Of a stretch of DNA of 49,798 bases, positions 39,146 through 49,798 are shown one piece after another (position 1 is the first letter of the stretch; each line of letters opens with the position of its first letter). The DNA comes from Candidatus Bathyarchaeota archaeon. GTDB taxonomy: Archaea; Thermoproteota; Bathyarchaeia; Bathyarchaeales; Bathycorpusculaceae. Under the pieces are notes generated by a model that did not search any database, was not told the origin of the DNA, and saw only the letters and a list, made by a program, of their open reading frames with translations. A program made the position numbers and the translations under genes. The stretch is from assembly GCA_963827165.1 (NCBI GenBank), contig CAWGZR010000008.1, forward strand, positions 1-49,798, given 5' to 3'.

Positions 39146-39591
39146 TGTTTTTTCACCTCAAGGAGTAACCGCCTGAAATCTTCAGGCTCTTCAAACTGCT
39201 TGTAAACCGATGCAAACCGAATGTATGCTACGCGGTCGGCTTCTTTTAGATGCTTCATTATTAAATCGCCTATTTCCTGAGATTCAACTTCTTGCGCGTC
39301 TTTAAGCATCAAGTCTTGCCTTACCTTCTCAGCTAACTCGTTGATTTGGGTCATTGTAACAGGTCTTTTTTCACACGCTTTTTGCAAGCCACGGATTATT
39401 TTGTTTACGTCGAATCGTTCAAGTTTGTCATCTTTTTTTCTAACCATGAGCTCGACGGTTTCAACGTATTCGTAAGTTGTGAAGCGTTTTGCACAGGTGC
39501 CGCATTCTCTTCGTCTGCGCGTTGTGTTTTCTGGGGAATCGCGCGTTTCCAAGGTTTTCGAGTTTTCGGAGTTGCAGTAAGGGCATCTCAT
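39142..39591 (-). CDS. nrdR: Transcriptional repressor NrdR
   Basis: MRCPYC...RRRREC..C.KRFTTYE zinc ribbon, ATP-cone, VAYIRFASVY. Confidence 0.96.
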   Translation of the reverse strand: MRCPYCNSENSKTLETRDSPENTTRRRRECGTCAKRFTTYEYVETVELMVRKKDDKLERFDVNKIIRGLQKACEKRPVTMTQINELAEKVRQDLMLKDAQEVESQEIGDLIMKHLKEADRVAYIRFASVYKQFEEPEDFRRLLLEVKKH

Positions 39592-39614
39592 AGCTTATAC
39601 ATGTTTCAAGGTTT

Positions 39615-39662
39615 GTTATATATGTAGTGTAAGCAATCTTAACAACACACTATATTTAGCGC
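39615..39662 (-). promoter_or_regulatory. Tandem NrdR boxes (39615..39630 and 39647..39662)
   Basis: ACACTACATATATAAC (minus strand) and ACACTATATTTAGCGC (plus strand) versus consensus acaCwAtATaTwGtgt; starts 32 bp apart. Confidence 0.8.
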
Positions 39663-39906
39663 ATATTTAAGTTGTTTTCACAATAATCTCGCAATATAGC
39701 ACGAAATCCGAAAGCCTACACCATGAAAAATAAACAAAAAATCTCAAAGAAAAAAAACCTAGAAAGCCGTTATTTGGGAAAAAAACCGATTTTTAGGTAA
39801 ATAATAGTTACTTTAAAGCTTGCGATAGGGCTATAATCAAAAGTGTATATAAATCCATAGTTGCTTTTTGTTGTAGCATACATGAGATGAACGCGAGGTT
39901 GAATAT

Positions 39907-40281
39907 TTGAAGCCGAAAATTGTTAAGGGTAATGCCCTAAAAGAAATCCCGACGGCAGAGCGCGTCCTAATAGCTGAAAACTACAGTGCCGAAGATGTTT
40001 CTGTCGCGCAGGCTCGAATAAAACCCAGAATCACGACTTTGGCGCACCACCTTGATGGCGTAAACGAAATGTACCTTATAACCAGTGGGACAGGACAAGT
40101 TGACGTTGGCGACTTAGAATCGACCAAGGTAACCAGAGGAGACTTGATTGTTATTCCAGCGGGTATATCGCAGAGAATAAGCAATATTGGAAAAACGGAT
40201 TTGGTTTTCTACTGCATTTGCACCCCAAGATTCACCGCGGAATGCTACTGCGACGAAGAAAACGAAAGCAAGAAGCAGTAA
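39907..40281 (+). CDS. Cupin domain protein
   Basis: AHHLDGVNEMYLITSGTG, GDLIVIPAG, N.GKTDLVFYCICTPRF. Confidence 0.88.
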   Translation: MKPKIVKGNALKEIPTAERVLIAENYSAEDVSVAQARIKPRITTLAHHLDGVNEMYLITSGTGQVDVGDLESTKVTRGDLIVIPAGISQRISNIGKTDLVFYCICTPRFTAECYCDEENESKKQ

Positions 40282-40427
40282 ACCCTGGCAGGAATATATC
40301 GAGAGTTGCAATACCGCTTTATATCGCCTGACTACGCTTAGTTGTTTAAGGAAAGTTGAGGAGAAGGATCGAGGAGAAAGGAGAAGAGGCTTCTAATCCG
40401 CCTCTATTTCCCAAAAAAAGAAAATTT

Positions 40428-43327
<2,900 letters not shown>

Positions 43328-43353
43328 GAATAATTTTGCTGATGCTTGAGCGG

Positions 43354-43494
43354 TTACCCGCCGCCAGATGCTTTATCGATTCCTATGCAGCACGCGCACT
43401 TTGCAGTTTCCCCGCAATATGGGCACACGCACTTACAGTCGTCGATAAAATTTCCGCAGTTTACACAACGAGGCAAATCTTCTTCGTTCATCAT
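43354..43494 (-). CDS. 46-aa cysteine-rich (9 Cys) small protein ending in GGG (absent from the ORF track)
   Basis: Manual translation MMNEEDLPRCVNCGNFIDDCKCVCPYCGETAKCACCIGIDKASGGG; GAGGCG upstream, TTTAAA near 43515, 26 nt before the alpha-subunit start. Confidence 0.8.
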   Translation of the reverse strand: MMNEEDLPRCVNCGNFIDDCKCVCPYCGETAKCACCIGIDKASGGG

Positions 43495-43732
43495 ACTTCG
43501 CCTCTGCCATCTTTAAATGTGCAGTTGTTCGGAATTAAGGTTTCGGAAAACCATTTTTAACCAAACTTAATATCTTAAACAGCCAATTGAAACCTTAATA
43601 GTTTCATGGCGATCGGAGTCTTTATTGCTTTAATTGTTCTTGTGCCCAAAAAAAACGAAGCCCTAAGCAAGCTTAGTTGTAGGAGCAAAGAAAAAAATTT
43701 CCCTTAAGAGAGGGAGAAAAGAATAGTCGGTT

Positions 43733-44713
43733 TTATTTGACGTAATCGTCGAATGTCCAATAGTGGTCTTCTTCTTGCAGAACGATGTCTTCGAACAGTC
43801 GTCTTGTCGCTGTGTCGCCGCGTTTGAGCGCTTCAGCGATAATTTGTCGGTAAAGCGATATTGTGATGCTTTCCAGAGAGTGATCAAGTTTCATGAAATC
43901 CAAGGGTGTTTCGCCGACAACTGGCAATGGATCCGGCTTGTATACTGCTTCACCTTCAAGCAAGTAAATTCGTTCACTGATTTTTTCCAGATGATCCATT
44001 TCCTGCATGAAGACTCCTTTGAGTATTTTGCTTACAACCGAACCGTAGTTGGTTTCAGTGACAGTCTCTAACGGGGTATTTTTCATTCGGATTCCAAGGA
44101 AAGCCATTTTCTCATGTTGATTTGTGTATTGGATAATTCCAGTTATTTCCCCTGCGACAGCCTTGTTTAAGAGAGCAAAGTAGTCATCTGTGTATATTTT
44201 ACGCCAGTCGTCCATAGGAACTTTGCTTGGTTCATCTTTCTCATCTTGGAACTTCGTATATTCTTGGAATTTGAATAGGTGCCCTTCTTCTTCACCATAG
44301 ATTTTCTCAAAGAGCTCACGCGTTTCCCAATCGCCCATTTTCCCAGCGGTTTCGATGATTTCGCGGTAAAGTGTCAAGGCTTCTTCCTCAGCTTTGACGC
44401 CTAATTTCGCGAATTCGCTTAAGCTGTTGCCAATGCTAACTTTTGATGATTTCGTTGATGCTTGCCCACCGAGATAGTAAATACGTTCAATTATGCTTGC
44501 GGCATGCTTCATTTCTTGGATTGCTATTTCGCGCAGAAACTTTCCAACGGCGTCGTAGGTAGTTTTTTCCAAAAGGATGTTTTCAGGGATGATTTTACGT
44601 ACTAGCTTTTCCATTTTTGCATGCTGAAGCATGTATTGGAGTGAAACTTGTATTTCGCGTTCGACTGCTTTGTTGAGCAAGTCAACATAATCTGGTGTTG
44701 TTTTAACAGCCAT
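43733..44713 (-). CDS. Tandem two-domain ferritin-like (bacterioferritin-like) protein
   Basis: Repeated LLNKAVxxEI...QY..QH...QEMxH...ERIYxLxG...E....LYRxII...GDxxTRxLFExI..EExH. Confidence 0.88.
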   Translation of the reverse strand: MAVKTTPDYVDLLNKAVEREIQVSLQYMLQHAKMEKLVRKIIPENILLEKTTYDAVGKFLREIAIQEMKHAASIIERIYYLGGQASTKSSKVSIGNSLSEFAKLGVKAEEEALTLYREIIETAGKMGDWETRELFEKIYGEEEGHLFKFQEYTKFQDEKDEPSKVPMDDWRKIYTDDYFALLNKAVAGEITGIIQYTNQHEKMAFLGIRMKNTPLETVTETNYGSVVSKILKGVFMQEMDHLEKISERIYLLEGEAVYKPDPLPVVGETPLDFMKLDHSLESITISLYRQIIAEALKRGDTATRRLFEDIVLQEEDHYWTFDDYVK

Positions 44714-44801
44714 AAACAATCACAACTTCCTGTCGGAAATGAGCGGGCACCGAGATATAAAATTTGTTGTCAGAAAAAGATCCAGCTTAACGCAGAGGCT
44801 T

Positions 44802-45593
44802 TTATTGAGGCACTTGCCTTCCGCAGTTTGGGCAGTAGAGTGCATCTGAGGTGATCTGCGCTCCACAGTATTGACAGTACTTGCTAAGGGGCAAGGTACC
44901 CAACGCCGAGGGTGGTGAATTGTATTGGGGATATGAGGGGGCGGCTGGGTTTGCGTTCGGTTTGAGAGAGTGGAATCCTGATGCGGCGAAGATCCATGCC
45001 AGCCAAGCGATGATGCCTCCGATTCCGATGAATGATGTGATGGCGCCGACCAATAGGAGTATGCCGGCGGTGTGAAAGCTGTCGACATTTGATTTTTGGC
45101 TGAGTTTGTTGAAGGCTTGCATGAAGAAGACGGCTGCAACTATTTCAACTACAACTGCACCGAGAATCAGGAAAATGAACGGGAAAATGATCGATACACT
45201 CGTACCCGTAGAGATAGTGCGTTGCGAAAACAAAGAAACTATTTCTAACACAACTAAAATGCCGATTCCTGCGACCGCTATGACAACGCCGTAGATGACG
45301 TCTCTGAAGATTCCTTGTTCATTGTAATAGTGGCTTAAACTGTGCATTGAGTAGACAAACAGGATAAATCCAACTAGGGCGATTAAGGCAAGCCCATCAA
45401 GCAGAAAAGGAATTAAGGCTGCGGATGTCAGTGCGGAAGGAACGACTGTGTGTGAGCTAGAAGTCGCGGCGGTTAAGATCGAGCTGATTATGGATAAAAT
45501 GAGCAATCCGCTCAAAGCAAAAGCGGCAACAGGCACAACAACCGCGATTAAGCTGGCAATTAAACCCGTTGTTTTGCCCGATTCAAAGGACAT
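44802..45593 (-). CDS. DUF996-like membrane protein with C-terminal zinc ribbon
   Basis: LSHYYNEQGIF, FHTAGILLLVGA, CQYCG...CPNCG. Confidence 0.8.
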   Translation of the reverse strand: MSFESGKTTGLIASLIAVVVPVAAFALSGLLILSIISSILTAATSSSHTVVPSALTSAALIPFLLDGLALIALVGFILFVYSMHSLSHYYNEQGIFRDVIYGVVIAVAGIGILVVLEIVSLFSQRTISTGTSVSIIFPFIFLILGAVVVEIVAAVFFMQAFNKLSQKSNVDSFHTAGILLLVGAITSFIGIGGIIAWLAWIFAASGFHSLKPNANPAAPSYPQYNSPPSALGTLPLSKYCQYCGAQITSDALYCPNCGRQVPQ

Positions 45594-45626
45594 TCTGAAC
45601 CACTCTTGCTGCTACTTTGTGGCAAG

Positions 45627-46448
45627 TTAGGGATAAGCTTTGTGCAATCTAACCGAAATTGGGGTGGAGACGGCGTTGTTTTCGATGTTTCTGCCTGCAT
45701 ATTTAACTGCGTACCAAGCAACCAAGACAGAGACAACCGCCAACGCGAATACTACAGCCTCGAAAACCACAATCCCGATACTTGATGCAAACGGAACCAA
45801 AAAATCAACAAATCCCATGGGCAAAGCAATAAGGAACAATCGCCTTTTTCGAAGGATGACAGCCATGAAGCAGAGGTACCCCCAAGCGAAATGCATCATA
45901 ATTGACGAAACTCTCTCAACCGTGCCCAAAGCGACAGACCTTAAGGCTTCAGAGGCTGGAGCGAAAAGTCCAGAGGAATTTGCGTTTAGTTGGCTGTAAA
46001 CCGTCTGCGCCAAAGGCGTGTTCGACGAGAGGATGCTCCAGTAGGCAATGAGGTTGATCAGTGAAAGGATGCCAAGCAAACCGGCGTTTTCCCAGAATGC
46101 CAAACTTGAACCATAGGCTTCCGCGTCTTTTCTTTCAAGTAGCCCACGGGAGATCACGTACCACGCAACCACGTAAGCCAAACCTACCTCGAAAAAGACG
46201 GTTTGGAGACCATAGTAAACGCCGAGCCCGACGCTGGCCGAGCCGAAATAGCCCGTTACTGCGTTTATGGTGGGGATTTGCACGGCGTATTTGAGAGCGA
46301 TGGCGACAGCGTATGCTACCAGAGCATAAAGTAGTACCATCCAGTGAAAGCGGCGTTTGGGGTACCAGTAAAGAAGAAGTGCAGTGCAAAGCGCGATTAC
46401 GATTATGGGTTGAAGGATAAAGAGGGGATCAATATTCTGCATATCCAT
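45627..46448 (-). CDS. YhfC-like intramembrane protein (glutamic/metalloprotease superfamily)
   Basis: Polytopic; FFEVG, FWEN, ERVSSIMMH. Confidence 0.65.
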   Translation of the reverse strand: MDMQNIDPLFILQPIIVIALCTALLLYWYPKRRFHWMVLLYALVAYAVAIALKYAVQIPTINAVTGYFGSASVGLGVYYGLQTVFFEVGLAYVVAWYVISRGLLERKDAEAYGSSLAFWENAGLLGILSLINLIAYWSILSSNTPLAQTVYSQLNANSSGLFAPASEALRSVALGTVERVSSIMMHFAWGYLCFMAVILRKRRLFLIALPMGFVDFLVPFASSIGIVVFEAVVFALAVVSVLVAWYAVKYAGRNIENNAVSTPISVRLHKAYP

Positions 46449-46567
46449 CGTTATTTGGTTTTGACTTAAAAAACTTGGTTACGGAAGACTCTCAAGTTTT
46501 GAATAGAAAAACTTTTTGAACTGCCACTCTTGCTGACAGAATAAAAATAATCAAAGGGCGAAAATAA

Positions 46568-46999
46568 CTATTTCTTCCATTGTGAAGTAGCCCATTTGCT
46601 GTAGCTCGTGGGCGTGATCTTGATTATGGGTACATCGCCTTCTTTCCAGCCGCCGTCGGTTGTTCTGTACTCAGGATATTTTTCTTCAAGAAGCGAATGA
46701 GCATAACGGTATTCTTCTCCGTCCCACATGATTTCTGCTTCTCCTTGAATACGGATTCCTTTAACGTGTGCCCAGTTTTCTGGGTCGTAATCGTCGAAAA
46801 CCAATGAAACTTCGGGGTTTTCTTCGATATGTTCAAGCTTTGGCATGTCTGGATCGGATGCGAAGTAAATGAATACGCTGTCAAAAACAGGCCAAATAGG
46901 CCTAACTATGGGTTCGCATTCTTTGGTTACAGTTGCAAGCCTTCCCACTGGAAGCCGCTGAATGAACGCAACGTCAGACTTGGACAATTTTTCAACCAT
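46568..46999 (-). CDS. Pyridoxamine 5'-phosphate oxidase-like (split-barrel flavin/F420-binding) protein
   Basis: VGRLATV, PIVRPIW, KLEHIEENPEVSLVFD, IQGEAEI, EKYPEY. Confidence 0.88.
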   Translation of the reverse strand: MVEKLSKSDVAFIQRLPVGRLATVTKECEPIVRPIWPVFDSVFIYFASDPDMPKLEHIEENPEVSLVFDDYDPENWAHVKGIRIQGEAEIMWDGEEYRYAHSLLEEKYPEYRTTDGGWKEGDVPIIKITPTSYSKWATSQWKK

Positions 47000-47862
47000 A
47001 CTTCACACCTCAAAACATATTATGAGTAACTATCGCTCAAGTATTTCTTCTTGCACACCTTCCTTTAAATTTCTTCCGCTATCTCACCCCAGTTCGGCTG
47101 CCATAAATCGCTTTCCATGTTGTTTGACTCAACAATCGAGCATCTTTTACTTGCTGAATACGTATTGGCTAATTTTGCCGACGCAGAAAAAAATCAAATG
47201 ACTTATTTAATAACTTAAAAGAGACAAAAATGGATACTTTGAAAGGATCTAGTCAAAAAAATTATAAATAAGTGAACAACTAAACCTTGTTTGGAAAGAT
47301 CTTAAATAAATTGCTTGATTCGTATGAAAAAGAAAAATGAATCTAAAAGGACAGCTTCCGAGCAAAAGTTTATTGAAGATGCCTCAAGGTACCTCAAAAA
47401 ATTAGAAAAACAAAAGCGAGAACAAAAATAGATAATCAATCACTTGTTAGGAAGCAACTGCGAGATAATTGCGTATTTTTGAGTTTAAAAAAATCTCACG
47501 TTCTACGACTCAAAATCAGTTCTTGGGGATCTTAAAAGCAATCGACCACGATGGGTTCCAAAGTCAAGTATGATGTAAATGATGCTAATCTCATGTGTGT
47601 AATCGACGTTATCCTGCAGTTAGCAATTATTACGTGATGAGGCTTTATGAAGGCAAGGCTGACTACGGCAAGAACAAAAATTGGTCTATTATCAACAGTT
47701 CGAAGAGACTTCGGAAAGACACCTGAGCGATAGCAGTGGTTTAAATCTCAGAAAACTTTAATTAAATTACCTCATACTGAGATGGCTGAGACTGACCACT
47801 TAGGTGCTTAATTAAGCCATCTAAACAAGTCTAAACAGGTTAGAACAACCAAATAGTTTCGT

Positions 47863-47949
47863 GCGGGATTGCCCTAGCCTGGTAGGGGGCAGGCCTGCTA
47901 AGTCTGTGGTCGAAAGGCCGCGTGGGTTCAAATCCCACATCCCGCGCCA
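47863..47949 (+). tRNA. tRNA-Ser(GCT), intronless, CCA encoded
   Basis: Acceptor GCGGGAT/ATCCCGC, anticodon arm CAGGC-CTGCTAA-GTCTG, long variable arm GGTC-GAAA-GGCC, T arm GTGGG-TTCAAAT-CCCAC, G discriminator + CCA. Confidence 0.95.
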
Positions 47950-48543
47950 TTTACAAATTCAGCCAGTTGTTACAGTTGATTTTGAAAACTAAACCTAAAT
48001 TCTTCTCCGAAAAAATGCGCTACCCCTTACGGTCTACGGTTTGAAGCCATGCAGGGTTACAGAGTACTCATTTGGGGCGTTTTCTTTCGATTCATTGTAG
48101 TCTTCGGTGGGGCTGCTGCTGAAGCTGAGCGGATTCCTGAGTTCTTTGCCGTTGATGTATCATACCTTGTAATTGGTCAAAGCCTGACTATCAACGTCAG
48201 AGAAAACCAGTTAAAACATTACAAAACAATCCTTTAGCTCGTTATACCGTTTTGCCCGTATGTATTTCTGTTGAACGTTGCTTGCTTCAGTCGCCCTTTC
48301 CAGTAGGTTTTTGTTTAGCAATCGTTTGCTCAAGTTTTATGCGGGATTGGGGACATTGTTGCTTTAGCGGTAGGCTCTATTTTCTTGCGCCTTGCTAGTA
48401 AATTATTTCGTCCAAATTAATTTAACATAGGCTAGAAAGTGAAGATGGAAATCAGCGGTATAAAGAGCGGTTGCTTGTCAGCGGTTCCCGTCGGCCTAGC
48501 TTTTATGGTTCATTACCTTGCTGGGAACTAATGCTTCAACACT

Positions 48544-49520
48544 TTAAGTATTCGGAAGCAGAGCTAACCTGCCTATATGGTGTGAGTTTACGGCTTCGAA
48601 TGCGTCCACCACCTGATCAAGCTTGAAGGTCTTGTCAAGATGTACCTCGAATGCACCGGCTTCGACCAGTTTGTTGAGCTTATTCACAAAATCTCGATTT
48701 GTGTTGCCCATGTAGCCATTTAGGCGGACGTTAGATGGTGCCTTTGGAGCTGGCCTGATGTTATTTATCCAAGGGTACGCCACTCGTCCTCCTTCGCGAA
48801 TGGTAATTAGTGCTTTTTCGGATGCCTCGATCGCTCCAGGAGTCTGTGCAGAAACTGTTATCAGGGCTGCGTCAAAACCAGTGGGGGCAAACTCGCGTGC
48901 TGAAACAACTATATCTCCATTATGCCCATCGACCGCAGCTTCGGCGCCCAACTTTAGGGCAAGCTCTACTCCGTCTTTCCCTGACGCTACCGCAAACACC
49001 CGTGCCCCGAGTCGTTTAGCGAGTTGTATTGCTAAATGCCCCATGCCACCGCTCGCGCCAAAGATCATAAGTTTTTCGTCATGCTTCAGAGAGAGTGCGT
49101 CTAACCCTGTTAGTGCAGTCGCTCCGTCGATCAGCAAGGCTCCTGCCTGCTTTGTCGTTACCGTAGATGGAATTGGCCATGCATTCTCAGCCTTTAGAGA
49201 GGTGTAATCAGCGTAAAATCCTGCCTTTGGATTTGTCGCCCATACACCGCCATAAACCCGATCGCCATTCCGAAACTCGCTGACTTTGTCTCCGACACCC
49301 ACAATCTTACCGGCACCCTCTAACCTAGTATCCAGGGGAACTTGGGTTGAACTCCGGATCTCCGTGCAAGAAACCCCTCACGTTCTGCGGCATCCCATAT
49401 CGCGATTCCGGCTGATTCGACCTGGATTAGAATCTGCTCTGGCTCAGGTTCGGGGACGGAAACGTTCCTTACTGATAGGACTTCAGGACCGCCGAAGCGA
49501 TCTATAGTTACAGCGTGCAT
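48544..49520 (-). CDS. MDR-superfamily NADP-dependent (quinone) oxidoreductase, frameshift at ~49322
   Basis: MHAVTIDRFGGPEVL, FPWILG/EGAGKIVGVGDKV across the shift, GFYADY, FGASGGMG, GRLAL. Confidence 0.88.
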
Positions 49521-49765
49521 CTCGTTGTTTTTAGGCAAGAGTTTCTTCACCGACTTACTTTGCAACACATCGATCTTTATATTTATTCGTTGATCCGTGT
49601 AACCAAAATTTAAAAAATTGCGTCGATTTCGCCAAACTTGAAGGGGGGGCTCATACCTGTGCGATAAGTCCCGTCCGATCCGTCGCTAATGAAAAACGAA
49701 CTTGAAAGCAGCAGTCACTTTTTTAAATTACGCGCATTTTTCGCGTGGAATTTAAACTAGGGCGT

Positions 49766-49785
49766 AAATCTAACCTCCCGCGCCA
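49766..49785 (+). repeat. Degenerate direct copy of the tRNA-Ser 3' end (att-like)
   Basis: AAATCTAACCTCCCGCGCCA versus AAATCCCACATCCCGCGCCA at 47930..47949 (17/20, last 10 exact). Confidence 0.55.
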
Positions 49786-49798
49786 CTTCCATATTCCG

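Noticed and set aside
43336-43560. 74-aa plus-strand ORF
   Set aside because: Antisense to the Cys-rich peptide, which fits the operon direction
47634-47662. GTGATGA...CTGA as a possible C/D box sRNA
   Set aside because: No properly spaced D'/C' boxes; 18-nt spacing is atypical
49625-49650. G-string (GAAGGGGGGG) as an ORB origin box
   Set aside because: Lacks the TCCAxxGGAA core; single copy; no cdc6/orc1 in the window

Overview
Archaeal chromosomal segment, most likely TACK/Bathyarchaeia. This is inferred from eS30, GatDE, Elp3, archaeal DnaG, a PolB3-type polymerase, stand-alone Lrp/AsnC domains and anaerobic enzymes. Core genes: ychF, dnaG, polB, gatE-gatD-elp3-rps30e, tyrS+Toprim, apgM, nrdR-nrdD-nrdG, 2-oxoacid:ferredoxin oxidoreductase alpha/beta, two ABC exporters, two GT-C glycosyltransferases and tRNA-Ser(GCT). 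About eight single-base frameshifts in six genes, some housekeeping, point to assembly indel errors. Most notable: (1) a PolB3-like polymerase with intact polymerase motifs but all three 3'-5' exonuclease motifs substituted, convergent with dnaG, the pair lying between two copies of a 73-bp structured direct repeat; (2) an accessory islet (about 5.0-8.5 kb) with an orphan ParB-like protein, a divergent pair of small paralogues, a 110-nt hairpin, two head-to-head hicBA modules and a phased 10-bp tandem repeat; (3) an unannotated 46-aa, 9-Cys, Gly-Gly-Gly-terminated peptide heading the oxidoreductase operon next to a tandem two-domain bacterioferritin-like protein; (4) a bacterial-type NrdR with two NrdR boxes 32 bp apart; (5) a degenerate copy of the tRNA-Ser 3' end 1.8 kb downstream. 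No CRISPR array, rRNA, transposase or integrase was seen. All calls come from reading motifs by eye; no searches were run.
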